Source of the DNA: an uncultured Bacilli bacterium
GTDB taxonomy: Bacteria > Bacillota_I > Bacilli_A > RF39 > UBA660
Direction of reading: 5' to 3'
DNA: 49,627 bases
Assembly (NCBI GenBank): GCA_944331935.1
Contig: CALVIV010000004.1
Span: 1-49,627 of the forward strand
Below the pieces are notes generated by a model, which saw nothing but the letters and a program-made list of their open reading frames with translations, did no database searches and was not told the origin of the DNA. Of this stretch, positions 1-10,567 are shown piece after piece; positions within the stretch are counted from its first letter, which is position 1, and each line of letters opens with the position of its first letter. The position numbers and the translations under genes were made by a program.

Positions 1-1
1 A

Positions 2-21
2 GAAGCATAATTTTATGCTTC
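2..21. terminator. Inverted repeat, probable terminator downstream of the 655-aa gene
   Basis: GAAGCATAA-TT-TTATGCTTC, about 95 bp after the stop of 115..2082. Confidence 0.45.
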
Positions 22-114
22 AATCGATTATTTTGTCATTTGGATTTTCTTAAATCCCCACTATTTGACAAAGAACCGGTATAATTACCAAAGCTTATAT
101 ATAAACAGATAACA

Positions 115-2052
115 TTATTGAACGGATAACTCAAACGGATCTGATTTAGTACCTGTTCCTGAGGTTATTACAACGTTAGATTTTAGATTTAAAGAAGGCC
201 TAATATTTCTTTTAGTGGCTATATCACCAATATAAACTGTTGCTGACATAATAGAATATTCATTAATATAGGAAAGACCAATACTTCCACTATGTGCATA
301 TACCTTAGTCAACATCCAGTAAACACCATTACTATCGCCTATGTCTGATTGACCAGACATTAATTCGCCATATCGAAGTAATCCTATTTTTGCTTCAATA
401 CTATCAGCATATCCTGACATATTTGTGTCTATATACTTTGCTAATTTATATGATCTACCATCTCCTACTTTTCCTAAATACCAAGTCGTACTATCTTCTA
501 TAAAATTAATATAATCATTACCTACATAACTTGTTAGATATTCTTCATTTAAGAACGTACCTATAGTAGTAATACTTGAATAATCTGAATTATAATTGGT
601 ATCGAAAGCAATAGTTTTAAAGACACCATAATCCTTTAACGGTTCAGCACTTACTATTTTTGTTCCTGTTCCATCTTCATGACTTACAATTCTAAATAAG
701 TTATTTTCTCCAACACCAAAAGTTATATATTCTCCACTATATCTGCTTGATAACAATGTTCCTGATAGATTTGTATCACTATCACCTTCCAAACGATATG
801 GATCATTTTCTGTCCCAATACCGTCGATTATCCTTACACCAGATTTTAAGTTTATTGATGGACGTATACCATAATAAATGTAAGAAGAATTTTGATAACC
901 TGTGGCACCAGTAGATTTGATGTAACACACATCGTATGTACCATAAGGTGTTAAAGTCCACCATTGAAGTCCATTATTTAAATAGCCATTAGTACCACCG
1001 TTATTGCTAGACTGATACTCATACATATTTAAAAGTCCTACTGCATCTGTTACTGTTGTTGTGGCATTAGGCCTTGTTATACTTCCTAAATCTCTATCAT
1101 CCATAGTTGCATCCCATACACTATCTGTTACTATAAACTTATCTGGATCTCTTAAATTTCCTAAAAAACCATCTACACTTGTATCATTTAACCATTCTTT
1201 CATATAACTTTCCTCAAAGGCAGAATTACCACTCGAAAATTCAATTACGCTTTCATTCCATTGAGTTACTAACTTAGTTGTCTTTGCTTCATTATTTACA
1301 CTAACCGCTCTCCATAACTTACCACTATACCAGATATAATTATTAGGGTCTTCTCCTGTTATAAAGGTATCTGTTCCATCATCATATTGGTTATCTTCTG
1401 GTATATTAGATAATAGTACTTCACTAGCAGGCCCTGTTGCTACAGGCATCTTATCTCCATCTTTACCATAGACATTTATCTGTACACTAAATTCTAAATT
1501 TCCTCCATCTCCTTGAGGATTATAATCTTCATCTACCCACATTCTAAGTCTATATCTATTACTCTCACTAGAGTTCATACTACTTGTATATAAACTCATC
1601 TCTCCTGATGGTCTTCCTGTATATGTATTTTCACTTGTCTCTTCATTATATGTTTCTGGTGTCATCAATTCTTCTTCACCATCATCTGTTAATCTTGTTA
1701 AATATAACTTTATATTTGAACCATCTATCTTTCTTTCACTAGTTGTTACATCTTTTGCACTTATCTCATAATTAATATTAACATCTCCTGCTATCTTACT
1801 ACTTACTGTAAAATCAAAATACTCCCCTTCTGTTAATCTTACTTTACCAGTTGCATCTGTTGTTGGTAAGGCTCCACTCATACTTATTATATTATCATCT
1901 TCAGTATACTCCATAGTAATAGAACCTGTTGTTATAGAGTTTACTTTAGTACCTAGTCCACTATAACTAAAAGCCGCATAACTTACTCCTATTATTGCAA
2001 TTACCATTATTAATAACACTACTATTATTATAATATTTTCCTTTTTCTTCAT
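115..2052 (-). CDS. Secreted/surface protein with SipW/TasA-class signal peptide and two tandem C-type-lectin-like (DUF6273-like) domains; paralog of the DGR target at 25572..27407
   Basis: Hydrophobic N-terminus ending GVSYAAF; near-identical blocks with 25572..27407 (DTFITGxDPNNYIWYSGKLWRAVSVN); two W-x-LT...(G/N)IRPS(I/L)NLKS motifs; likely start ATG 2052 after AAGGAGA (ORF track starts at 2082). Confidence 0.75.
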   Translation of the reverse strand: MKKKENIIIIVVLLIMVIAIIGVSYAAFSYSGLGTKVNSITTGSITMEYTEDDNIISMSGALPTTDATGKVRLTEGEYFDFTVSSKIAGDVNINYEISAKDVTTSERKIDGSNIKLYLTRLTDDGEEELMTPETYNEETSENTYTGRPSGEMSLYTSSMNSSESNRYRLRMWVDEDYNPQGDGGNLEFSVQINVYGKDGDKMPVATGPASEVLLSNIPEDNQYDDGTDTFITGEDPNNYIWYSGKLWRAVSVNNEAKTTKLVTQWNESVIEFSSGNSAFEESYMKEWLNDTSVDGFLGNLRDPDKFIVTDSVWDATMDDRDLGSITRPNATTTVTDAVGLLNMYEYQSSNNGGTNGYLNNGLQWWTLTPYGTYDVCYIKSTGATGYQNSSYIYYGIRPSINLKSGVRIIDGIGTENDPYRLEGDSDTNLSGTLLSSRYSGEYITFGVGENNLFRIVSHEDGTGTKIVSAEPLKDYGVFKTIAFDTNYNSDYSSITTIGTFLNEEYLTSYVGNDYINFIEDSTTWYLGKVGDGRSYKLAKYIDTNMSGYADSIEAKIGLLRYGELMSGQSDIGDSNGVYWMLTKVYAHSGSIGLSYINEYSIMSATVYIGDIATKRNIRPSLNLKSNVVITSGTGTKSDPFELSVQ

Positions 2053-2168
2053 TTCACTTCTCTCCTTTATTATTTTTCTCACACCATCAAAAAGAACAGA
2101 ATTTTGTTATCCTGCTCTTATATCATAATGAAAGAAAGTAATTTTATTACTTATATATTTACTAACTG

Positions 2169-2178
2169 CCCCCCCCCC
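2169..2178 (-). repeat. G10 homopolymer inside a short leader ORF (about 2163..2257) upstream of the surface protein gene
   Basis: Ten consecutive C on + strand in a roughly 25% GC sequence; leader reads MEKINRQFWGKLIRQSLKTSGLQYVTWGGGS*. Confidence 0.8.
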
Positions 2179-2323
2179 AGGTAACATATTGTAAACCTGA
2201 AGTTTTTAAAGATTGACGAATTAATTTACCCCAGAATTGACGATTTATTTTCTCCATAGTTTAACCTTCTTTCTTATCTTTTGTTATCTATATATTAACA
2301 TAACTTTTCTTAATTAACAATCA

Positions 2324-3457
2324 CTAATCATCTAAAAACATAACATAATACTCATCATAAGTAATATTATTATCTTTTATATATTTAGCAATTTTCTTAC
2401 CAACATATCTATAATGCCAAGCTTCACATTTATAACCTGTAATATCTTCTTTACTCTTAGGATATCTTAAAATAAATCCATACTTATAAGCATTATCCAT
2501 CATCCAAACATACTCATCACTATTAACAAAAGTATTAACAGATTTACTAGCAATATCTAAACTCATCGCTGTCTGATGTTCAGAAAAACCAGGCTTCGCT
2601 ACATAATTATCAACATAATTTTGTCCATAAAGCTCTAAATATGTATTAGTAATCTCTTCTTGGTCTTTATAACTTCTATACCCCGAACTAACCATTAATT
2701 CCATGCCATCTTTACTTGCCGCTTCTGCCATATCATAAAAAGCCTTCGCTACATTTCTCTCTATTTCTACATCTTCATCTGTCTTAACATATTCATCTTT
2801 TATCTTAACCAAATCATCTGGAACATACTCACTACTTAACTGTCTATGCTTATTAACAAGTACATAATCATCAAACTTATCAATTATTATTGGATCAACA
2901 TAATCTTCTTTATCAAAATCCATATTGACATATAAAACAGTAGTCTCGGCATCATCATTTTCTTTATCTTGATACTCTACATATCTATCTAAATTTTCAA
3001 GTTTTGCAAAATCAACAGATAAAAACTCTTCTATATACTTAACTTTATCTCTTTTCGTAAAGTCACTAACCGATTTATCATCACCTTTAGAAATAATTAA
3101 ATTAACTTCATCAACACTATAACCTTTATCTAATAATTTATTAATATTTCTAATTAAATGTTTCTGATTTTCATAATCAATCTTAGCATAATTATCAAGA
3201 TTATCTTCTATATAATCATCACTTTCAAAAGCAGCATTTAAAGTCTTATTCTCTCCTATATCCATAATATAAGAATACTTAAACTTAAAGATAATACTCT
3301 TCGCTGCCTCTTCACTATATCCTAAATTCTTAAGTTCTCCTATTCTATTAAAATAAAATGCTAAAATAATAATTATAACTACAACAACCGCACTAATTAT
3401 TACTAAAGGTTTTCTTGCACTACTTTTTAATTTTAACTTAACTCTTTTCTGTGGCAT
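2324..3457 (-). CDS. Membrane-anchored M15B (VanY/LdcB-like) carboxypeptidase
   Basis: N-terminal TM segment; SGYRSY, SEHQTAMSLD and EAWHYRY zinc motifs. Confidence 0.9.
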   Translation of the reverse strand: MPQKRVKLKLKSSARKPLVIISAVVVVIIIILAFYFNRIGELKNLGYSEEAAKSIIFKFKYSYIMDIGENKTLNAAFESDDYIEDNLDNYAKIDYENQKHLIRNINKLLDKGYSVDEVNLIISKGDDKSVSDFTKRDKVKYIEEFLSVDFAKLENLDRYVEYQDKENDDAETTVLYVNMDFDKEDYVDPIIIDKFDDYVLVNKHRQLSSEYVPDDLVKIKDEYVKTDEDVEIERNVAKAFYDMAEAASKDGMELMVSSGYRSYKDQEEITNTYLELYGQNYVDNYVAKPGFSEHQTAMSLDIASKSVNTFVNSDEYVWMMDNAYKYGFILRYPKSKEDITGYKCEAWHYRYVGKKIAKYIKDNNITYDEYYVMFLDD

Positions 3458-3533
3458 ATAATCACTTCCTTTACTACTATATAGAAATTATAACATAGTT
3501 TTTAAATCTTTTAAACTATGATATAATAAGCTC

Positions 3534-4685
3534 TTGAAAGGCGTGATGTATTTGAAAACAGCAGTTGTCTTATCTGGTGGAGGTGCTAAAGGAAGTTACC
3601 AATTAGGTGTCTGGAAAGCCTTAAGAGAACTACATATTAAATATGATATTGTAACAGGAACATCTATTGGCGCTTTAAATGGTGTCTTCATGTGTGAAAA
3701 CTCTTATTTTAAAGCGAAAAGAATATGGAAAAGAATAAATCTAGAGTATCTTTTTAATAAACTACCTAAATCCAATAAAGAAATAGATATTCTTAAACTA
3801 TTTGGCAGTAATTTTATCAAAAATGGTGGTATGGATATTAAAAGAATAGAAACTATTCTAGAAGAGTCTGTTAATAAAAGAAAGTTTTACAACAGTAGAA
3901 TTGATTTTGGACTAATTACTTATAATTTTACTACTAGAAAGCCTTTAATCTTAACTAAAGATACTATCCCTGAAGATAAGTTAATTGACTATCTCATGGC
4001 TTCCGCAACCTGTTTTCCTGCTTTTAAAATGAAAGAAATAGATGGAGATAAATATATAGATGGTGGTTATTATGATAACTTACCTATAGAACTTGCTATC
4101 GAACTAGGTGCAGAATCCCTAATAATTGTTGATTTAGGAGCCCCAGGCTTTAAGAAAAAAGTAAGTAAACAAATAGATAGTATTATAATAAAACCTAGAA
4201 ATAACATCTCTTTCTTTTTAAACTTTAATGAAGAAGCAGCTAGAATAAATGCTAAATTAGGTTATAATGATACCCTAAAAGCTTTTAAAAAGCTAGATGG
4301 TAATAAATTTACCTTCAGAAAGAATACTATTAATAAGTATTATCTAAATAATAAAGATATTTTATTAGATAATACTGAAAAGAAATTCTTAACATCATTA
4401 GAACAATTAGGTAAAATTTTCAAATTAGATGAAACAAAAATATATAGTTTTAAGAGCTTTATAAGAGAACTAAATAAGAAAATAGAATTAGAAGATGCTC
4501 TAGATAAAAAGACTATTAAAAATATAAAGAGTTTAACAAAAAAGATTAACTCTAAAACTTTAATATTATTTTTCTTAAGTCATTTAGAAAATGGTAAGAA
4601 TCCTAAAAAACTAAGTAAAGTCTTTTCTAAAGAATATAAACTAGCCAAGTACTTACAAATATTAGGAGTAGAATATGGAAAATAA
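3534..4685 (+). CDS. Patatin-like phospholipase
   Basis: GGGAKG, GTSIG and DGG motifs. Confidence 0.9.
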   Translation: MKGVMYLKTAVVLSGGGAKGSYQLGVWKALRELHIKYDIVTGTSIGALNGVFMCENSYFKAKRIWKRINLEYLFNKLPKSNKEIDILKLFGSNFIKNGGMDIKRIETILEESVNKRKFYNSRIDFGLITYNFTTRKPLILTKDTIPEDKLIDYLMASATCFPAFKMKEIDGDKYIDGGYYDNLPIELAIELGAESLIIVDLGAPGFKKKVSKQIDSIIIKPRNNISFFLNFNEEAARINAKLGYNDTLKAFKKLDGNKFTFRKNTINKYYLNNKDILLDNTEKKFLTSLEQLGKIFKLDETKIYSFKSFIRELNKKIELEDALDKKTIKNIKSLTKKINSKTLILFFLSHLENGKNPKKLSKVFSKEYKLAKYLQILGVEYGK

Positions 4686-5631
4686 ATTTAAATATACAAG
4701 TGATAATAAAAGATACCACACCTTAACTTATTACTATAAAGAAAAGTTTAACTCTAAAGTCTGTAAAGTAAGTTTAAATGCTAACTTTACTTGCCCTAAC
4801 ATCGATGGAAAAGTCGGGATTGGTGGTTGTATCTATTGTTCTAAATTAGGTAGTGGTGAATATGCAGGAAACCCTAAAGAAGATTTAATAACTCAGTTTG
4901 AAAAAGGAAAAAAGACTATGCAAAGGAAATGGCCTAATGCCAAGTTCATCGCTTACTTTCAAGCGAATACTAATACTTATGCACCTATAGAAAGACTTAA
5001 AGAGTGCTTTGAACCTTTCATAAATAGAGATGATTGTATTGGTCTATCTATCGCTACTAGAAGTGATTCTATTACTGATGAATGTTTAGACTACCTAGAA
5101 GATATTAGTAAAAGAACTTATCTAATCGTAGAATTAGGATTACAAACTATCCATGAAAAGACAAGTAAACTAATTAATAGATGCTCTAGTCTTGATAACT
5201 TTGATAAGATGGTCAAAAGATTAAAGATGCGAAATATTAATGTCGTTGTTCATATCATTAATGGTCTTCCCTACGAAACAGAAGATATGATGATTGATAC
5301 AGTTAAACATTTAAATGACTTAAATATCGATGGTATAAAAATACATATGCTAGGAGTATTAAAAGACACACCTTTAGAAAAATATTATCAAAAACATAAA
5401 TTTCATATTCTAACCAAAGAAGAATATGTTAATATAGTAGTGAAGCAACTAGAGTATCTTAATCCTAAAATTGTAATACATCGCTTAACTGAAGACCCCA
5501 AGCAAGAGGACATAATAGAACCTACTTGGCTCACAAAAAAGTTTACAATTTTAAACGAAGTTGATAAAATAATGAGTACAAGAAATCTCTATCAAGGAGA
5601 TAAATTAAAGGAGAAAATGATAAATGAATAA
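4675..5631 (+). CDS. Radical SAM protein, YhcC/YtqA (TIGR01212) family
   Basis: FTCPNIDG...GGCIYC split cysteine motif; ELGLQT; GIKIHML. Confidence 0.9.
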   Translation: MENKFKYTSDNKRYHTLTYYYKEKFNSKVCKVSLNANFTCPNIDGKVGIGGCIYCSKLGSGEYAGNPKEDLITQFEKGKKTMQRKWPNAKFIAYFQANTNTYAPIERLKECFEPFINRDDCIGLSIATRSDSITDECLDYLEDISKRTYLIVELGLQTIHEKTSKLINRCSSLDNFDKMVKRLKMRNINVVVHIINGLPYETEDMMIDTVKHLNDLNIDGIKIHMLGVLKDTPLEKYYQKHKFHILTKEEYVNIVVKQLEYLNPKIVIHRLTEDPKQEDIIEPTWLTKKFTILNEVDKIMSTRNLYQGDKLKEKMINE

Positions 5632-6466
5632 CAATTACAATTTATTAATAACAAGAAGAATCAACATGATTAAACAAAATCCTAATGAGGAATATATTAG
5701 AAAGTTTAATCTTAGTATTGATACTATTAAAAGAAAGAAAAAAAGAAAACTAAAACCTAAAGAATTAGATGAATTAAAATACCTTATTAAAGATTTACAA
5801 AATATTCCTAAAGATGAAAAAATTCAAGATTATATTCTAAGACATTTAAAAGTATTTCTAATATATGGAAATGTAAAATTAATAGATAGAAATGACATTG
5901 TTCTAGAACTAACAACTGATAAAGAAACTTCTATATTATATATAGAAATTAATAAAGATTATGTTACTTCTACTCTAAAAGGAAAAGATTTTAGAGAAGA
6001 GACTTATTATAAAAAACTAGACAATGATTACTATACAACCTTCAAAAGAACAGAAACAAATATATATAAAAATAGAAATACAAGTCTATTTGAAGTTAAT
6101 ATCAATGATGAATTCCATGGTTTTCGTAATAATAAAGAAATAGTAACAAGAATTATTTATAGCCACGACAACTATACAAAAGACAATATAACTGGATCAA
6201 TAAGTAGAAAAGGATTTGGTGAAAACAATTATAAAGAAGTAACAAATTACTATCGAAAAGATGATTTTATTATAAGAAAGCACAAAAAAAGATATAAAAA
6301 CAAAAAAATAGGTGAACTATTAAATTATAAAGAATATCATATTAGTAAAGATTATAATATAAATAACAAATATTTAAATCCAGTTGGATACTATAAAAAA
6401 TTTGATAGTAGCTTATATAATTCTTTTATAAGAGAAAAATGCAATGTAAAAACTCTTTATAAGTAG
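5624..6466 (+). CDS. Hypothetical basic protein
   Basis: 280-aa ORF overlapping the upstream stop, with RBS AAGGAG; no recognised motif. Confidence 0.65.
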   Translation: MNNNYNLLITRRINMIKQNPNEEYIRKFNLSIDTIKRKKKRKLKPKELDELKYLIKDLQNIPKDEKIQDYILRHLKVFLIYGNVKLIDRNDIVLELTTDKETSILYIEINKDYVTSTLKGKDFREETYYKKLDNDYYTTFKRTETNIYKNRNTSLFEVNINDEFHGFRNNKEIVTRIIYSHDNYTKDNITGSISRKGFGENNYKEVTNYYRKDDFIIRKHKKRYKNKKIGELLNYKEYHISKDYNINNKYLNPVGYYKKFDSSLYNSFIREKCNVKTLYK

Positions 6467-6480
6467 TATGGAGGCAATAG

Positions 6481-7131
6481 ATGAATGTAGATATAAAAAA
6501 ATATTTAAAAAAATTGATAGCAATGGGGGCACTTTCTTTTGTCCTAGTAACAACAGGCTGTTCTAGTAAAGAAAATAATGCTGAACCAGAAAATGAAGTT
6601 ACAACAGAAGTAGAAAACAACAACAAACAAGAAAATACAACAAATGATAATGATGTACAAGAAACAGAAAACGGCAATGAAGATACTAATACTGAAGATA
6701 ATGCGATAGTTAAGTATTTTGAAGACAAAAGTGAAGAAATGGATAGTATAATTTATACAGATAATATTGAAGCTGCTGACGAATTTTGGAGTGAATATTT
6801 TATAGATGCTGTTGATATTATATTTTATGATAAAGAATATGAAGGAAGTTCTTTTAGTGAACTAAACCCAGAAGCCCAGCAAAAATGTATTGACGAGCTT
6901 AAAGATGCTGAAAATAAAATGAATAAAATTAATCCTAATTGGAAAGAAGACTTAGGAAATATTAAAGATTCTACCGCTGAAGCTTATTCTAATTTTTTAG
7001 ACATTATCGAAGAACTAATTGGAACAGATAATTATAATAAAATAAAAAATAGCAAAGATAACTTCTTAGATAGTCTCAAAGATAGTGCAAATGATTTGTA
7101 TCAAGGCTACAAAAGTAGCCATCAAAAGTGA
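6481..7131 (+). CDS. Acidic lipoprotein of unknown function
   Basis: Signal peptide with lipobox LVTTGC; N/E/T-rich linker; RBS GGAGG. Confidence 0.8.
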   Translation: MNVDIKKYLKKLIAMGALSFVLVTTGCSSKENNAEPENEVTTEVENNNKQENTTNDNDVQETENGNEDTNTEDNAIVKYFEDKSEEMDSIIYTDNIEAADEFWSEYFIDAVDIIFYDKEYEGSSFSELNPEAQQKCIDELKDAENKMNKINPNWKEDLGNIKDSTAEAYSNFLDIIEELIGTDNYNKIKNSKDNFLDSLKDSANDLYQGYKSSHQK

Positions 7132-7204
7132 TTATATGTAAAGTAATCACTTTTTTACTTGTAAATAGACATAACTTAGATTATAATGTTTATAAGAGTA
7201 AAGG

Positions 7205-7927
7205 ATGATATGTATGGATAAACATGTTAGAATTATAACTGTAACCGCTCTTTCCTTACTTGGAGTTCTTTGTATTGCCTCAGGAGTAATGTATAATTCA
7301 CTACAAGCCAATAATACTGAAGAAAAAGTATTAGTAGTAATTGAACAAAAGCAAGTAAGTAAAGAAAATGATATTGATATAAAATTAAAAAATTTAACAA
7401 TAGAAGTTAACACTCCTTTAAGTGTCAAAATAATTGACTACTTAGATAGTGCTGTCTCAGACGAAGTTCTAGCCAACTTAAAACTTGATACAAGCGAGGT
7501 TAATGTTACTGAACCAGGAACTTATAATTATACAGTTACTTATAAAAAGAAGACATATCAAGGTATTATTATTGTAAAAGAAAAAGAAGTAACAAATAGC
7601 ACTTTACAAAGTATAACTTTAAAAACTGTAAATATAAATTTAGGTACTGCTCTACCAACTGATATTAGTAACTATGTAATAGAACCTCTTACTGATGATA
7701 TAAAAGCTACTATGTTAATTGACCTTAGTAAAGTTAATGTTAATACTGCAGGTAATTATCAGTACACAATTACTTATAATAATAGCATTTATACCGGTAC
7801 TATAGTAGTAACAGAAACCCAGCCTACATTATCAACTAATATAGGAGATACTCCTCAAGAAGAACCAACCCAAACACCACCGACAACTACTACAACAGAA
7901 GAACAAACTACAACCCAAACTAATTAA
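7205..7927 (+). CDS. Membrane-anchored protein with two bacterial Ig-like repeats
   Basis: N-terminal TM; two repeats D(T/L)SxVNVxxxGxYxYT(V/I)TY; P/T-rich tail. Confidence 0.75.
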   Translation: MICMDKHVRIITVTALSLLGVLCIASGVMYNSLQANNTEEKVLVVIEQKQVSKENDIDIKLKNLTIEVNTPLSVKIIDYLDSAVSDEVLANLKLDTSEVNVTEPGTYNYTVTYKKKTYQGIIIVKEKEVTNSTLQSITLKTVNINLGTALPTDISNYVIEPLTDDIKATMLIDLSKVNVNTAGNYQYTITYNNSIYTGTIVVTETQPTLSTNIGDTPQEEPTQTPPTTTTTEEQTTTQTN

Positions 7928-7952
7928 AGCTTCCACAAAGGGAAGCTTTTTT
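7926..7952. terminator. Bidirectional intrinsic terminator
   Basis: AAAGCTTCC-N6-GGAAGCTTT plus T-run, between convergent genes. Confidence 0.8.
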
Positions 7953-8895
7953 ATAACATATTTTTCTTTTTTAAGATAAGAGCTACTATCAAAGATAAGA
8001 GAAGTGATAATAAAAGTAACAAAACAAAAGCATAAGGATTATCAGCAAACTTACCAAATGTAACATTCATTCCCATAAAAGATGCTACCATTGTAGGTAT
8101 AGAAAATACAATCGTAATACCTGCTAAAAATTTCATAATAGTATTAAGATTATTAGATATAATAGTAGCAACTGTATCTGTAGTACTGGATAAAATACCT
8201 CTATATAAATCAGCCATCTCTATCGCTTGATTATTTTCAATAATTGCATCTTCTAATAAGTCTTCATCCTCTTCATAAAGCTCTATTACATTACCTTTTA
8301 ATATCTTATCAAGAACAACTCCATTACTCTTTAAAGCCGTAATTATATAAGTTAAACTATTCTCAATAGAAAGTAAATTTAAAAGTTCTTGATTCTTAGT
8401 AGCATTAAGTATCTTAGACTCTGCTACCTCTATTTTCTTATCTATTTCTCTTAACATTTTTAAATAAAGTAGTGCAAGTTTATAAATCATTTGAATAATA
8501 AATCTACTTTTCTTATAAGTATAAAACTCTTTAACCTTTCCCTTAGTAAACTCATCAATAATACTATACTTCTGTAAACAAACTGTCACAATATAATCAT
8601 TTCTAACAACAAGAATACCTATAGGAAGAGTTGTAATTGTCTTAATATTATTCTTAATCTCATAAACAGGTACATCTAAAAGAAGCATCTTAACTCCATC
8701 TTCCTCATCAATACGAGGTTTCTCATCATCATCGATTATACTCATAATAAAGTTTTTCTTAATACCAAGAGCATTAACAACTTCATCTATCTCTGCTTCC
8801 GTAGGATTAACTAAATTAACCCAACTACCTACTTCATAAGTATCTATTCTACTAAATTCTCCACTAGTAACATCTGTATTATATATTTTCAACAT
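7951..8895 (-). CDS. corA: CorA-family Mg2+ transporter
   Basis: GMN motif and two C-terminal TM helices; start ATG 8895 after GAGGAGTGA. Confidence 0.9.
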   Translation of the reverse strand: MLKIYNTDVTSGEFSRIDTYEVGSWVNLVNPTEAEIDEVVNALGIKKNFIMSIIDDDEKPRIDEEDGVKMLLLDVPVYEIKNNIKTITTLPIGILVVRNDYIVTVCLQKYSIIDEFTKGKVKEFYTYKKSRFIIQMIYKLALLYLKMLREIDKKIEVAESKILNATKNQELLNLLSIENSLTYIITALKSNGVVLDKILKGNVIELYEEDEDLLEDAIIENNQAIEMADLYRGILSSTTDTVATIISNNLNTIMKFLAGITIVFSIPTMVASFMGMNVTFGKFADNPYAFVLLLLLSLLLSLIVALILKKKNML

Positions 8896-8999
8896 AATAA
8901 TCACTCCTCGTATAATAGTTTTTGTAAGTGAAAAATCACTTATATTAACTATTTTTTATTTATTCTATTTTTATAAGTAAAAATAGTTAAAACTGTGGA

Positions 9000-9240
9000 T
9001 TATTTATACCCTTGTGTTATTATATCTCTTTGAGATGTAATAACTAGGATCTATTCTTTCACTCCTTGTAACCCTATATGGTGTTTACTTTTTAAGAATG
9101 AATCCCTACTTATTAGTTATTATCCTTCTAACTCAGATGATGTTTCTCTTTTAAGTTTAATCGCAGCATATTATCCTTAAATAAAAGATGTATTCTTATA
9201 GCGAGGTTGTTGTCAAACTTTTAAGCAAGGGTATCTGTAG
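9000..9240 (+). ncRNA. Candidate IS110 bridge RNA (structured non-coding end)
   Basis: About 300-nt non-coding leader; ATACCCTTG (about 9006) is complementary to CAAGGGTAT (about 9226); internal hairpin GTTATTATATCTC-TTT-GAGATGTAATAAC. Confidence 0.55.
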
Positions 9241-9286
9241 TCTGTCATATCTCACAAAAATTCATAAAAGAAAGGTGGTGATATAA

Positions 9287-10567
9287 ATGCAAAACTGTTT
9301 ATTCATTGGTGTTGATGTTGCATTAAAAGGTAACCAATTCTGTGTTATGAACTTTGATCAACATATTTATTTCAACCTTAAATTTCCCAATAATCCAGAA
9401 GGAAATGATATGGTTATAAATAAAATTAAAGACATTGAAAACAAATTCTTCTTTGAAAAAATCATTATTGTTATGGAATCCACTGGTATGTATTCTTTTC
9501 ATCCAGCTTGTTATCTTTCTTCTAATGAATACTTAAATAAGTTCCATACTGAAGTTTTTCAAATTAATGCCTGTGATTTTGATAAATACAAGAAAAGCTT
9601 TCATGATTTAGATAAAGAAGATGGTATTGATGCTTATATTCTTGCCGACTATGCGAGAGTTGGTAGAACTAAAGCTTTACATCCATTTAGAGGTTCTCAA
9701 TACATTGCACTTCAACGTCTTACAAGACAAAGATATCATATTTGTAAAGAATTAATAAGAGAAAAGACTTATATTTTAACTAATTTATATCTTTCTTTCT
9801 CTGGTTTAATGTCTTTAGACAAAAATGAATTACCTTTTTCTAATTTGTTTGGTGCCACTTCTTCTGCTTTCTTAGAAGAATTTGTCTCTCCAGATCAAAT
9901 CGCTGAATCTTCTGTTGAAGAACTTATTAACTTTATTTCCGAAAAAAGTAAAAAACATTCATCTAATTTAAATGATAAAGTTACTGCTTTAAATAAGGCT
10001 ATGCGTGCTTCATACAGATTAGATCAGACTGCTTATGAGCCAATCAATATTGCTATTGCTTGTTCTTTAAATACCATTAAATTTTATCAACAACAACTTA
10101 AGAATATTGATAAAGCCATCTTAAATGCAGCCTTAGGATTAGATTCTAATACTTACCATATCTTACTTTCTATTCGTGGTATTGGTAAGGTTTATGCTGC
10201 TGGTATTATGGCTGAAATTGGTAATATTGATAGATTTTCACATAATTCCAAACTTGCAAAATATGCAGGACTTTATTGGAAAAGAAATCAGTCTGGAGAA
10301 TTCGATTCTCAAGATAAGAAATCTTCAAAAAAGTCTAATAAATATTTACGTTATTATTTAGTTGAAGCGACTGCTTCCTGTGTTAGACAGAACTTTCCTT
10401 TTATAAAAGATTATTATAATCTTAAATATAAAGAAGTTACTAAACATCAACATAAACGTGCACTCGTTTTATCTGCTCGTAAACTTGAAAGATTGATTTT
10501 TGGATTGCTGCGAAAAAATCAATACTACAAACCAATTGACTCAGTTCAAAATTCAAAGATCAGTTAA
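9287..10567 (+). CDS. IS110-family DEDD transposase/recombinase
   Basis: FIGVDVA, MESTGMY, KEDGIDA; C-terminal GIG...AEIG...YAGL...QSG. Confidence 0.95.
   Translation: MQNCLFIGVDVALKGNQFCVMNFDQHIYFNLKFPNNPEGNDMVINKIKDIENKFFFEKIIIVMESTGMYSFHPACYLSSNEYLNKFHTEVFQINACDFDKYKKSFHDLDKEDGIDAYILADYARVGRTKALHPFRGSQYIALQRLTRQRYHICKELIREKTYILTNLYLSFSGLMSLDKNELPFSNLFGATSSAFLEEFVSPDQIAESSVEELINFISEKSKKHSSNLNDKVTALNKAMRASYRLDQTAYEPINIAIACSLNTIKFYQQQLKNIDKAILNAALGLDSNTYHILLSIRGIGKVYAAGIMAEIGNIDRFSHNSKLAKYAGLYWKRNQSGEFDSQDKKSSKKSNKYLRYYLVEATASCVRQNFPFIKDYYNLKYKEVTKHQHKRALVLSARKLERLIFGLLRKNQYYKPIDSVQNSKIS

Noticed and set aside
2324-3457. vanY glycopeptide-resistance gene
   Set aside because: No van cluster nearby; stand-alone M15B peptidases are ordinary cell-wall enzymes.
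6426-7428. Minus-strand ORFs 6426..6728 and 7147..7428
   Set aside because: Antisense to well-supported + strand genes, with no recognisable motifs.
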